Below, piece by piece: positions 9,568-18,662 of a stretch of DNA of 53,178 bases (positions are counted from its first letter, which is position 1; every line of letters begins with the position of its first letter). Both the position numbers and the translations under genes were made by a program. Source of the DNA: Elusimicrobiota bacterium (GTDB lineage Bacteria; Elusimicrobiota; Endomicrobiia; CG1-02-37-114; JAHJSO01); NCBI GenBank assembly GCA_043826435.1, contig JBDRQF010000036.1, positions 1 to 53,178 on the forward strand. Reading direction: 5' to 3'. The notes under the pieces were generated by a model, which did not search any database, was not told where the DNA came from, and worked only from the letters and a program-made list of their open reading frames with translations.

Positions 9568-10876
9568 GTTTTTTGAGGTAACCGGCTATGATTGTTTCAT
9601 ATCCCTGGTCCGAAGGAAAATAAAACTTTTTCGGCCGGGGCATGTACTCCTGCCGGACAAAATGCCCCTTGAAGTCGTGCGGGTATTTATAGTCATTCCC
9701 GTGTCCTAATTTATCCCCGTCCGCGTGAGAGTCCCTGAGGTGGTCAGGTACCTGCCTGTTTTTTTCCTCCGCGACCTCCTGTTGGGCGGATTCAATCGCA
9801 ACATAACTCGCGTTTGACTTAGGCGCGGTTGCAACATATATTGCCGCCTGCGCCAGCGGGATTCTTGCCTCGGGCATCCCGACGAACTCAACCGCCTCAA
9901 GGGCTGAAATGGCAACATTCAGTGCGCCGGGGTCCGCATTGCCTACGTCCTCGCTCGCCGCAATGACGATTCTTCTGGCGATAAACCGCGGGTCTTCTCC
10001 TGCTGCAAGCATCTTTGCCAGCCAGTAAACGGCTGCATCGGGATCGCTCCCTCTCATGGATTTAATAAATGCGGATATGCAATCATAGTGCTGGTCGCCC
10101 GACTTGTCGTAAAGAAGCGCCTTTTTCTGGATAGAGTCCTCCGCGATGTTCAAATCAAACAATATTTTCCCTTCTTTTGACGGCGGGGTTGTAAGCGCGC
10201 CTATCTCAAGCGCAGACAGGGCTTTCCGGACGTCCCCTTCCGAATATTTGATTATGTGGTTTAGCGCATCGGGCGCAATTTCAACCTTAAACGTGCCGAG
10301 CCCTTTGTCCGCGTCATTCAATGCATCCAACAATATCCTTTTTATCTCCGTGTCGCCCAGCGGTTTGAATTCAAAAACCGTCGCCCTTGAGAGCAATGCC
10401 TGGTTTATGTAAAAATATGGATTTTCAGTCGTTACGCCTATCATGACGATTGTGCCTTTCTCAACGGCAGGCAACAGGGCATCCTGCTGGGTTTTGTTAA
10501 AGTGGTGTATCTCATCAAGCAGCAGGGTGGTTTTTGCGCCCGATGTTTTCTTTCTAAGTTCCGCGGTCTCAATTATCCTGCGGACGTCCTGGACGCCTAT
10601 AAGCACGGCGTTTGTTTCAACAAAGAAAGAACGTGTTCTGCCGGATATTATTTTCGCAAGAGCGGTTTTACCCGTCCCCGGCGGCCCGAAGAAAATGGCT
10701 GTGCCTACCCTGTCGGATTCAATCGCCCGTCTGAGTAGTTTCCCCGCGCCGAGTATGTGTTCCTGTCCGAGGAAACTGTCCAGGGATGCCGGGTAGAACC
10801 TGCTTGCAAGCGGTATATCCTTTTCCTGTATTTTTTTCGGAGTATCGTCCCCTAAGTCAAGTAATAGTTCGCTCAT
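9530..10876 (-). CDS. rarA: Replication-associated recombination protein A (RarA/MgsA AAA+ ATPase); start moved to ATG 10876
   Basis: GPPGTGKT Walker A, LDEIH, TTENP, SAFIKSMRGSDPDAA, ASEDVGNAD; the ORF-track extension overlaps a hairpin. Confidence 0.94.
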   Translation of the reverse strand: MSELLLDLGDDTPKKIQEKDIPLASRFYPASLDSFLGQEHILGAGKLLRRAIESDRVGTAIFFGPPGTGKTALAKIISGRTRSFFVETNAVLIGVQDVRRIIETAELRKKTSGAKTTLLLDEIHHFNKTQQDALLPAVEKGTIVMIGVTTENPYFYINQALLSRATVFEFKPLGDTEIKRILLDALNDADKGLGTFKVEIAPDALNHIIKYSEGDVRKALSALEIGALTTPPSKEGKILFDLNIAEDSIQKKALLYDKSGDQHYDCISAFIKSMRGSDPDAAVYWLAKMLAAGEDPRFIARRIVIAASEDVGNADPGALNVAISALEAVEFVGMPEARIPLAQAAIYVATAPKSNASYVAIESAQQEVAEEKNRQVPDHLRDSHADGDKLGHGNDYKYPHDFKGHFVRQEYMPRPKKFYFPSDQGYETIIAGYLKKHEKDSEKENNKK

Positions 10877-10888
10877 ACCACATCCAAT

Positions 10889-10952
10889 AAAAAACCCCGC
10901 AGGCAGGGTGGTCTTGCTGTCCGGAATATCTTTCAACACCAGCACCGCAGGG
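10889..10952 (-). terminator. Long hairpin plus U6 tract downstream of zapA (terminator, or reduced 6S-RNA-like hairpin)
   Basis: CCCUGCGG...CUGCGGGG and UGGU/ACCA, UUG/CAA stems followed by UUUUUU. Confidence 0.5.
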
Positions 10953-10961
10953 ATGAAACGG

Positions 10962-11261
10962 CTAATTATCTATCTTGTCAAGGGCAACCAGCATCTCGTC
11001 AATTTTTTTGTCAAGCGTCAAGATTAAATTTTCATAGTTTTCTTCAGTGTTAAAGAGATCAGCCGTAATTTTCAGCGCCGTGAGGACGGCAATCCTGGAG
11101 GGCTCTATGCCCTCGCCCTTGGTGGTGTCAATGGATTCTTCTGTTTCCCTAAGCCGTTCATCCAGATACCTTCTCAGTGCGTCAACCAGCAGCGGCGGTA
11201 ATTCGGAAAAAAGTTCATAGTCCCTGCCCCAGATGCTAATGTTATATTTTTCCTTTGCCAT
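10962..11261 (-). CDS. zapA: Cell division protein ZapA
   Basis: YNISIWGRDY beta hairpin, YLDERL, IAVLTALKITADL, C-terminal coiled coil; pheT-zapB-zapA synteny. Confidence 0.8.
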   Translation of the reverse strand: MAKEKYNISIWGRDYELFSELPPLLVDALRRYLDERLRETEESIDTTKGEGIEPSRIAVLTALKITADLFNTEENYENLILTLDKKIDEMLVALDKIDN

Positions 11262-11275
11262 ACCGGTCGTCCGCC

Positions 11276-11539
11276 CTAAAACCCCGCTTTTGAGAATTTG
11301 TCCAGCAGTTTTGTCAATTTCTCCCTTGTAATTGCCTTTTTGTCCGAGAATGATTCGTTCTCGGATTTTAACTTCTGTATCCTTGTAGCGTCATTCTTGT
11401 AGTATTCAACTTCTGCGGAAAGTTTTTCGTTATCTTCTTTTAATTCCCCGTGCTTCTTTAGAAGTTTTTTAATCCTGGAATCAAAGGTTGACAACTTCGC
11501 CGTAATCGCCTTTTCCAGATTGAACAATTTTTCGCTCAA
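11276..11539 (-). CDS. Small coiled-coil protein, ZapB-like
   Basis: 87-aa heptad coiled coil immediately upstream of zapA; TTG start with GAGAGG RBS. Confidence 0.65.
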   Translation of the reverse strand: MSEKLFNLEKAITAKLSTFDSRIKKLLKKHGELKEDNEKLSAEVEYYKNDATRIQKLKSENESFSDKKAITREKLTKLLDKFSKAGF

Positions 11540-11549
11540 TGTTTAAACG

Positions 11550-11592
11550 CCTCTCTGTGCGTTAGCAGGTTAGTGCCGTGCTATCCTTTTCA
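11550..11592 (-). repeat. Degenerate 3' half of the family-1 element
   Basis: GGCACTAACCTGCTAACGCAC vs copy 3 GGCACTAACTTGTTAACGCAC; ends in the AGG RBS 10 nt before the TTG start. Confidence 0.55.
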
Positions 11593-11612
11593 TAACCCAT
11601 CTACCTTGCGGT

Positions 11613-11641
11613 ATTATACCAAACTTAAAGTGAAATTTCAA
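11613..11641 (-). promoter_or_regulatory. Sigma70-type promoter for zapB-like/zapA
   Basis: TTGAAA-17 nt-TATAAT with TG extended -10. Confidence 0.65.
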
Positions 11642-11649
11642 CAGGGCAA

Positions 11650-14040
11650 TCACCCCGAGCGCAGGGTAATCCCCATTGGTTTAAGGGCGGACAGTATCCG
11701 CTCAATCTCCCCGTTAATATCTGCGTCAGTAAGGGTATGCTTTTTCCCGGTCAATGTTAGCCGTATCCCGAAACATTTTTTGTCCCGGCCGATTTTTTCG
11801 TTTCTGTAAATGTCAAAAAGGACTACCTCAATATTGACCGACTCGCCTGCCGTTTCCCTTATAACTCCGTCAACCGCGGCGTATTCAATGTCTTCAGGGA
11901 TGACTATTGATATGTCCCTTTTTGACTTGGGAAATACTGGATACGGCGAAAATATCCTTCCCTTCGGGTGCAATCCTTTAATGGTTTCAGGATACAACTC
12001 TGCGTAATATATTTCCCCCTGATATTCGGGATGTATCAACGAGTCCAGCATACCGATTTCAACGCAGACATTTCCGCCTGATTTATCAGTTACGGTGCAG
12101 TAATTATTCTGAAGAAAACATCCGGAAAGCATGCCGGGTCTTCCGGTATCTAGCCGCCATCCATCAAAACCGGCGCAGTCAAGCAATTCCTCAACGATGC
12201 CTTTGATGTAATAGAAGTCAACGGCATGCGGTTTGATGCCCCAGTGTTCGGGCAGGACATCCCCCATGCAAATTATCCCCAGTGCCGGGAGTTCAACAGG
12301 TCGTTGGTCAACGACGGCAAAAACCCTGCTTGACTCAAAAAGTTTTATGTCCCGGAACTGGTTGTTTATGTTGTGGAACACGTTCTGCAACAGCCCTGAA
12401 AGGAGGGTGGTGCAGAGATACTGATATTCCGCGGATATCGGGTTTTCTATCTCCACGGGCACACGTGTTGTTTTTATTCCTGCCAGTGCCGCCCCGGAAA
12501 CAAGCGTATAATTGGTCGCCTCAGCGAATCCCCTGCCGGACAGCACCTGCCTGAACGTTTTTTCAATGGTCTCGTCGCTCCTGTTTTTTAACGGGGCAGT
12601 AACGGAATACCGGGATGAAGTGGGTATGGTCTCGTAGCCCATTACCCTCGCTATGTCTTCAATAATGTCAACTTCTCTTCCTATATCCTGCCTGTGTCCG
12701 GGGACTTCAACCGATATGTAGTCCTGCTGCGGCTCTATTGAAAACTCAAGGCGGGACAGGACGTCTGCAATTTCCTTTTTTTCATAGTTTGTAGCAAGGA
12801 CTGCGTTCACCTTCTCCGGCCTGACTGGTATTTTCAGGGGTTTTGTTTCCACACCGTGGACGTCGTTACTGCTTACGACGTTGCCTGTCTTTGATTCCTT
12901 CAGTTTCCGGACGGCGCGGCGCATCGCCGTCTCGCACACCGTCCATGATGAGCCGCGTTCAAACCTGTAAGACGCTTCCGTGGATATGCCTAATTTCTGC
13001 CTGGTTGAACGGATGCTCTGCGGGCTGAATACGGCGCTCTCAAGCAGGACATTTTTTGTGCTGTAATCCACGGCCGAGGTTTCCGCTCCTATTATACCTG
13101 CTATGGCCTGCGGCTTTGTGTCCGCTATAACGAGCATGTCGCCGGCCAGCGTATAGGTGCGGCCGTCAAGGGCGTTTATCTTTTCGCCAGCGTTCGCCCT
13201 CCGCACGACAATTTTCTGCCCGGACAATTTATCCATGTCAAATACGTGCAGCGCGTGGCCCATTTCAAGCAGGACGTAGTTCGTAATGTCAACGATATTG
13301 TTTACCGGCCTTATACCGCATGCTTTCAAAAATATTCTTAACGACGGCGGAGAGGGTTGCGTCCGGACATCTCTTATAACGGTTGCGATGTATCTCATAC
13401 ACAGTCCCGGTTCTGTTATTTCCACGGGGAAGAGATTGTTAGTGCCCTTTTCAATTTTATGCAGGTCCGGGTATTTCAGTGGGGTTGCGAGTTTTGCCGA
13501 GAGTTCCCTCGCTATTCCTATGTGCGAAAGACAATCGGGCCTGTTCGGCGGCACGTCTATTTCAAGTAGGACATCGTCAAAACCAAGCAGTTTATAAACG
13601 GGTTTTCCCGACGGCGTGCCGTCGGGAAGTATCAGTATGCCGGAGTGGTCGTCGTCAATGCCCAGTTCCTTTGATGAACAGAGCATACCCGGGGATTTAA
13701 TCCCGCGGACGGTTGCTGCGTTTATACGCGTGCCGTCGGCCATGACTGCCCCGGGCAGAGCAAGCGGCACGATGTCGCCGGGTGAGACGTTTTTTGCGCC
13801 GCATATTACGGAATGTTTTGAGCGGCCGTCATCCAGCGAAACAACGGTCAGGTTGTCGGCAGAAGGATGCTTTTCAACGCTTTCTATAACGGCGGATATT
13901 ATGTTTTCCTTGTCTATTGCAGGAGGGGTGGACGTGCCGGATACCTCAAATCCTAAACCCAGCAGTATTTCTGCAAGACCTTCAGGGGAGTGGTTTCCGA
14001 GGGAAATAAATTTTCCAAGGAGGTTATATGAAATTTTCAT
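11650..14040 (-). CDS. pheT: Phenylalanine--tRNA ligase beta subunit
   Basis: MKISYN, CGAKN, GMLCS..ELG, PPNRPDCLSHIGIARE, NNIVDITNYV, ASYRFERG, C-terminal FDX-ACB domain. Confidence 0.97.
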   Translation of the reverse strand: MKISYNLLGKFISLGNHSPEGLAEILLGLGFEVSGTSTPPAIDKENIISAVIESVEKHPSADNLTVVSLDDGRSKHSVICGAKNVSPGDIVPLALPGAVMADGTRINAATVRGIKSPGMLCSSKELGIDDDHSGILILPDGTPSGKPVYKLLGFDDVLLEIDVPPNRPDCLSHIGIARELSAKLATPLKYPDLHKIEKGTNNLFPVEITEPGLCMRYIATVIRDVRTQPSPPSLRIFLKACGIRPVNNIVDITNYVLLEMGHALHVFDMDKLSGQKIVVRRANAGEKINALDGRTYTLAGDMLVIADTKPQAIAGIIGAETSAVDYSTKNVLLESAVFSPQSIRSTRQKLGISTEASYRFERGSSWTVCETAMRRAVRKLKESKTGNVVSSNDVHGVETKPLKIPVRPEKVNAVLATNYEKKEIADVLSRLEFSIEPQQDYISVEVPGHRQDIGREVDIIEDIARVMGYETIPTSSRYSVTAPLKNRSDETIEKTFRQVLSGRGFAEATNYTLVSGAALAGIKTTRVPVEIENPISAEYQYLCTTLLSGLLQNVFHNINNQFRDIKLFESSRVFAVVDQRPVELPALGIICMGDVLPEHWGIKPHAVDFYYIKGIVEELLDCAGFDGWRLDTGRPGMLSGCFLQNNYCTVTDKSGGNVCVEIGMLDSLIHPEYQGEIYYAELYPETIKGLHPKGRIFSPYPVFPKSKRDISIVIPEDIEYAAVDGVIRETAGESVNIEVVLFDIYRNEKIGRDKKCFGIRLTLTGKKHTLTDADINGEIERILSALKPMGITLRSG

Positions 14041-14044
14041 TTTT

Positions 14045-15079
14045 TTAAAACTGTCTCAGGAATCTTATGTCATTTTGATAGAACAGCCGCATATCCTCAA
14101 TATGATACTTTTGCATTGCAAACCTTTCAACCCCCAGCCCGAATGCAAAGCCCGTGTATTTTTCAACGTCATAACCTACGCCTTCAAGCACTTTCGGGTG
14201 GACCATGCCGCATCCCAACGTTTCAATCCAGCCGTTATTGCCGCATGCCCGGCAGCCGCGCCCCAGGCACATCCCGCATTTTATGTCCATTTCCGCCGAC
14301 GGTTCGGTGAAGGGAAAGTAGGATGGCCTGAACCTCACATCCACTCCCTTGCCGAAAAGGGTTTTTGCAAAAACGGTAAGCGTCCCTTTCAAGTCCGCGA
14401 ACGTAACGTTTTCGTCAACCACAAGCCCCTCCACCTGGTTGAATATCGCAGAGTGAGTCGCATCAGTCGCCTCGTGGCGGTAAACCCTGCCGGGTATTAC
14501 AACCCGGACAGGCGGTTGGTTTTTCTCCATATATCTTACCTGGACCGGCGAGGTGTGCGTCCTGAGAAGAACTCTCTTTTTGGAACCGGCTATATAGAAA
14601 GTGTCCTGCATGTCCCTGGCGGGGTGATGCTCGGGTATATTAAGGGCTTCAAAATTGTAATAGTCGGTTTCTATTTCGGGTCCGGTGACGATACTGAAAC
14701 CCATTGTTGAAAATATTTCAAGTATTTCTTCCGTTGTCTGCACGAGCGGGTTCCCGTTAAAGAGCCCGAACCTCATGCCGGGCAAACTGGTATCTATCTT
14801 AACTGGTTCCTGTATTCTTTGCTTCCCGGAAAGTTCTTTTCCCCTTGCCCCGAGGAGGGTGTCAATTTTTACCTTTGTTGAATTTAGCAGCCCGCCGATG
14901 GCTCTTTTCTCTTCGGTTGTCAGCCCGGGCAACTGTTTCATAAGAGCGGTAATGACTCCTTTCCTGCCAAGGTATTTTATCCTGACGGATTCCAGTTCTT
15001 CCGGACCAGGACAGGCGGATATTTCCTCAATTGCTTTCCTGCATACTTCCTGGACTGAGTTTTCGCTGATTTCATTCAT
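14045..15079 (-). CDS. pheS: Phenylalanine--tRNA ligase alpha subunit
   Basis: HHPARDMQDTFY, LRTHTSPVQ, RFRPSYFPFTEPSAE, GFAFGLGVER. Confidence 0.98.
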   Translation of the reverse strand: MNEISENSVQEVCRKAIEEISACPGPEELESVRIKYLGRKGVITALMKQLPGLTTEEKRAIGGLLNSTKVKIDTLLGARGKELSGKQRIQEPVKIDTSLPGMRFGLFNGNPLVQTTEEILEIFSTMGFSIVTGPEIETDYYNFEALNIPEHHPARDMQDTFYIAGSKKRVLLRTHTSPVQVRYMEKNQPPVRVVIPGRVYRHEATDATHSAIFNQVEGLVVDENVTFADLKGTLTVFAKTLFGKGVDVRFRPSYFPFTEPSAEMDIKCGMCLGRGCRACGNNGWIETLGCGMVHPKVLEGVGYDVEKYTGFAFGLGVERFAMQKYHIEDMRLFYQNDIRFLRQF

Positions 15080-15357
15080 AGGCCTATCAGTTTTTCATAG
15101 TGCTGTTTCGCCAGTTTGTATTTCGGGTCTATGGCAAGCGCCTTTTTGTACATCTTAATTGCTTCCTCGGGTTTATTCCGGCTCTCATACACGAGGCCCA
15201 GATTATAAAATATTTCAGGGGAGCCGGGGTTTACTTTCAATGCCTTTTTAAACTCCTCAACGGCCTCGTCATACTTGCCGTTGACAAAATAAAACTTCCC
15301 CATCTCAACGAGTTCCTGGTCTTCAGTCACTTCCTGGCTTCTGTTTTCCTTTTTCAT
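15076..15357 (-). CDS. Small TPR protein
   Basis: Two TPR motifs (MGKFYF..GKYDEAVEEFKKAL; YNLGLVY...EEAIKMYKKAL). Confidence 0.88.
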   Translation of the reverse strand: MKKENRSQEVTEDQELVEMGKFYFVNGKYDEAVEEFKKALKVNPGSPEIFYNLGLVYESRNKPEEAIKMYKKALAIDPKYKLAKQHYEKLIGL

Positions 15358-15384
15358 TTTTATTCCCTTTATTCCCCCGGAACT

Positions 15385-16077
15385 TCAGTCGGTATTTAAT
15401 TTTTCTATGTCCGGTTCTTTGCCTATTACAACTATTATATCGCCTTCAGCGAACTCATCTTCAGCGAGCGGGGCTATGTTTATTTCTTCCTTGATGTCGC
15501 TTTCACCGGCATCGTTCAGTATAGGCACCTTTCTCTTTATGGCTATGACGTTCAGGTTATATACGCCTCTTATGTTCGCCTGTCTGAGGGTCTTGTTCCA
15601 GAATTTTTTCGGCACCACAATTTCAACCAGATTGTAGTCAGGCGAGAGCTCAATCTCTTCAAGTATGTTGGGCGAAACGAGGGACTCTGCGAGTTTTTTT
15701 GCCATTTCAACTTCCGGGTATATCACCCGGTCCGCCCCCACCCTTGTGGCAATCCTGGCGTGCATCTGGTTTATACTCTTTACAATTATCTTTTTGGCGC
15801 CCAATTCACGCAGAAGAAGCGTTATGAGAATGCTTGACTCAAGGTTTTTACTGAGTGACACGACAGCCACGTCTATGTCGGACAGCCCTATGGAACGCAA
15901 CATCTTTTCATCGGTTGCATCGCCCGTTATAACGTTTTGCAAAAAGGAGGAGGCCTCCTGGGTTCTCTGTTCGTCCCTGTCTATTGCTGTTACCTCCGCA
16001 TTCTTTTCAGACAGATACCTGGCAAGGTTTATTCCGAATGTGCCAAGCCCTATTATCAGAAATTGTCTCTTGCTCAT
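15385..16077 (-). CDS. ktrA: Ktr/Trk potassium uptake regulatory (RCK) subunit
   Basis: IIGLGTFG Rossmann motif, GDATD, GADRVIYPE, RCK-C domain. Confidence 0.92.
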   Translation of the reverse strand: MSKRQFLIIGLGTFGINLARYLSEKNAEVTAIDRDEQRTQEASSFLQNVITGDATDEKMLRSIGLSDIDVAVVSLSKNLESSILITLLLRELGAKKIIVKSINQMHARIATRVGADRVIYPEVEMAKKLAESLVSPNILEEIELSPDYNLVEIVVPKKFWNKTLRQANIRGVYNLNVIAIKRKVPILNDAGESDIKEEINIAPLAEDEFAEGDIIVVIGKEPDIEKLNTD

Positions 16078-16096
16078 GTGCCCTCCCGCGGTATCG

Positions 16097-17416
16097 TTAA
16101 CCCACCATTATTTTTTCTTCGGGGAATTTAAGGTCAACCCTGTCCTCTGAGAACAGGAGCGCTATTCCCAGCGTCAGCGGGCCGACTCTGCCGGCCAGCA
16201 TCACAAGGATAATCAATAATTTCCCGAAGTTTGATAACTGGGGTGTAACGCCCAGCGACAATCCTACCGTACTGAAAGCGGAAACCGCCTCAAAAATAAG
16301 GTGCAACGATGATTTCTGCTGTGTAATCAACAATAAAAAAATGGATATGGCGAGCAAAAATATTGAACCTGCGAATATAGTCAGCGATCTCATTATGATG
16401 TCGTTCGGTATCCGTCTCTTAAAAACATTCATGTTTTTTTTACCGCTCAGTATTGAAAACAAGGTCATAAAAAGAACGCTGAAAGTAGTAGTTTTTATCC
16501 CGCCGCCCGTGCCTCCGGGAGATGCCCCTATGAACATCAGTATAATTAAAACAAAAATTGCAGGAATTGTCAAATTAGAAACGGCGACCGTACTGAAACC
16601 GGCTGTCCGGGGAGTTACTGACTGGAAGAAAGCGTTAAGGAGTTTATAACCGGACGGGGAACCGCCCCAAGTGCCGGGGTTCCCAAATTCCAGAAGGAAT
16701 AACACAAGGGTGCCTGCAACGATCAGAATGAGCGTGGCGGCTATGACAACCCTGGAATGCAGGGACAATATAAACCTTTTACCGGAGCGGATTTTCTGTC
16801 CCACCTCCATTATAACTATATAACCTATGCCTCCGATAATAATCAGTAAGGCCATGGTAAGGAGCACGGCTGCGTTATTTTTAAAAGACATAAGGCCGCC
16901 GGGTAATACCGACAACCCCGCGTTACAGAAACCGCTTATAGAGTGGAAAATGCCGTAGTATATTGATTCAGCCAGGGGGTACCTCTTCAGAAAACACACG
17001 GTCAGGACGATTGCACCTGCAAGTTCAAACATAAGCGTGACCCAGATGATCTTTTTGAGGAAGGACAAAAGCCCTTCAAAACTCAACGGGTCAATTATCT
17101 CCCTGAGTACCAGTTTATCCTTTATGCTTACCTTCCCTATAGCCACGGCAATCAGCGTGGCGAGGGTCATATAACCTAACCCCCCTAATTGAATCCATAC
17201 AAGTATTATTATCTGGCCAGCCAGTGAGAACGTAGCGCCTATGTCAACGGTCGTCAGACCCGTCACGCATATCGCAGAGGTCGCAGTGAAAATGGCGTCT
17301 ATCAACGGCACATTTTCCCCTCTGGCGGCGGAAACAGGCAGCGACAGCAGGAAACTGCCCAGTAATATGAGCGACAAAAAATACAGGACTATCGTCTGCG
17401 AAGGGGATATACGCAT
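16097..17416 (-). CDS. ktrB: Ktr/TrkH potassium uptake membrane subunit
   Basis: Pore motifs SAICVTGL, FCNAG, RTAGF, FIGASPGGTGGGIK, FSTVGLS. Confidence 0.93.
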   Translation of the reverse strand: MRISPSQTIVLYFLSLILLGSFLLSLPVSAARGENVPLIDAIFTATSAICVTGLTTVDIGATFSLAGQIIILVWIQLGGLGYMTLATLIAVAIGKVSIKDKLVLREIIDPLSFEGLLSFLKKIIWVTLMFELAGAIVLTVCFLKRYPLAESIYYGIFHSISGFCNAGLSVLPGGLMSFKNNAAVLLTMALLIIIGGIGYIVIMEVGQKIRSGKRFILSLHSRVVIAATLILIVAGTLVLFLLEFGNPGTWGGSPSGYKLLNAFFQSVTPRTAGFSTVAVSNLTIPAIFVLIILMFIGASPGGTGGGIKTTTFSVLFMTLFSILSGKKNMNVFKRRIPNDIIMRSLTIFAGSIFLLAISIFLLLITQQKSSLHLIFEAVSAFSTVGLSLGVTPQLSNFGKLLIILVMLAGRVGPLTLGIALLFSEDRVDLKFPEEKIMVG

Positions 17417-17418
17417 AT

Positions 17419-17778
17419 CTATGGTGTTGTCTGGTCTTTACAGGTGTGTTCAACCAACCGGCGGAATGACTGGGGGTCGTGGACGGCCATGTCTGCCAGC
17501 ATTTTTCGGTTTATGCTGATGTTGTTCTTCTTCAACCGGCTCATAAACCTGCTGTATGATATCCCCATCTCTCTGGCGAGAGCGTTGATTTTCGTAATCC
17601 ACAGTTTGCGGAAATTACCCTTGCGGTCTTTTCTGTCCCTGTAGGCATGCACCAGGGATTTTTCCACCTGTTGCACAACCATTCTCCATCTGTTTTTCTT
17701 GGCGGCATAATAACCCTTGGCCCGCCTGAAATACTTTTTCTTTCTTTGCCTGCTATAAACGGCGCTTTTTGTTTTCAT
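17419..17778 (-). CDS. rplT: 50S ribosomal protein L20
   Basis: AKGYY, AYRDRK.RK..FRKLWITKINA, INRKMLADMA. Confidence 0.97.
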   Translation of the reverse strand: MKTKSAVYSRQRKKKYFRRAKGYYAAKKNRWRMVVQQVEKSLVHAYRDRKDRKGNFRKLWITKINALAREMGISYSRFMSRLKKNNISINRKMLADMAVHDPQSFRRLVEHTCKDQTTP

Positions 17779-17808
17779 TTTATTTTTCCTCGGTTTCTGA
17801 TGAACGGG

Positions 17809-18003
17809 TCAATGAGCGAGCAGACGTCTGATCATACGCTCTTCTGTTTTTCCGAGTAGCGCAGATTTCCGCAAACGCCTTCCCCTGCCCGGCGACATTC
17901 CCGTCAGAAGGTGTCTTAGCCCGGCCTTTTTATATTTTATTCTGCCGGTGCCGGTAAACCGGAACCTTTTTTTTGCTCCGCTGTGTGTTTTTAATTTAGG
18001 CAT
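17809..18003 (-). CDS. rpmI: 50S ribosomal protein L35 (start ATG 18003)
   Basis: [20 protein letters not shown]. Confidence 0.96.
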   Translation of the reverse strand: MPKLKTHSGAKKRFRFTGTGRIKYKKAGLRHLLTGMSPGRGRRLRKSALLGKTEERMIRRLLAH

Positions 18004-18019
18004 TTTATTTGGTAATCTC

Positions 18020-18556
18020 CTATTTCTTCTGGGTAAAAAGTGCAATGAGCCGGTTGCCTTCAAACCTCGGTTGCCCCTCAACAACGGCTATATCGGAAAG
18101 TTTCTCCTTTATGGTATCCAGGATGCCGTAACCGATGTCCCGGTGGGCCTTCTCTCTGCCTATGAACATTATCGTGCACTTTACCTTGAATTTTTTCTCC
18201 AGAAATTCTCTTGCGTGGGCTATCTTGAACTCCAGGTCATGCCCGCCTATCCGGGGCCTCAACCGGATTTCTTTGACCTGCCCTGTTTTCGTTTTTTTCC
18301 GTAATTGCCTGAGTTTTCTCTCCTCCTCATATTTATACTTTGAGTAATCAACTATTCTGCATACGGGTGGCATTGAGTTCGGCACAATTTCTATAAGGTC
18401 AAGCCCTTTGCTCCTTGCGAGCATTATGGCCTCCGTGATCGGCTTTACGCCTAATTGTTCACCCGTTTCGTCAATAACCCTGACCTGCGCCGACCTTATG
18501 TAGTCGTTCATCCTGACCCTGCTCTCAAATTTCGGCTTTCTGTTTCTGTTATAGAT
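18020..18556 (-). CDS. infC: Translation initiation factor IF-3, probable non-canonical ATC start
   Basis: [45 protein letters not shown] 7 nt before ATC, in-frame TAA two codons upstream of ATC. Confidence 0.93.
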   Translation of the reverse strand: MYNRNRKPKFESRVRMNDYIRSAQVRVIDETGEQLGVKPITEAIMLARSKGLDLIEIVPNSMPPVCRIVDYSKYKYEEERKLRQLRKKTKTGQVKEIRLRPRIGGHDLEFKIAHAREFLEKKFKVKCTIMFIGREKAHRDIGYGILDTIKEKLSDIAVVEGQPRFEGNRLIALFTQKK

Positions 18557-18625
18557 GTTTTATCCACCTGCCTTTCATTGTGTGTGTTTTATCTTATGCG
18601 CTTTAAACCCCGTTCTCCTTTATGG

Positions 18626-18654
18626 ATTATATAAATAAAAAAAGAAATTGTCAA
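18626..18654 (-). promoter_or_regulatory. Consensus sigma70 promoter of infC-rpmI-rplT
   Basis: Perfect TTGACA-17 nt-TATAAT. Confidence 0.8.
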
Positions 18655-18662
18655 GGGGATAA

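Noticed and set aside
13616..14710. Long plus-strand ORFs (e.g. 364 aa here, 7172-7948, 33234-33938, 48119-48751)
   Set aside because: Antisense shadows of well-conserved minus-strand genes with no recognisable motifs
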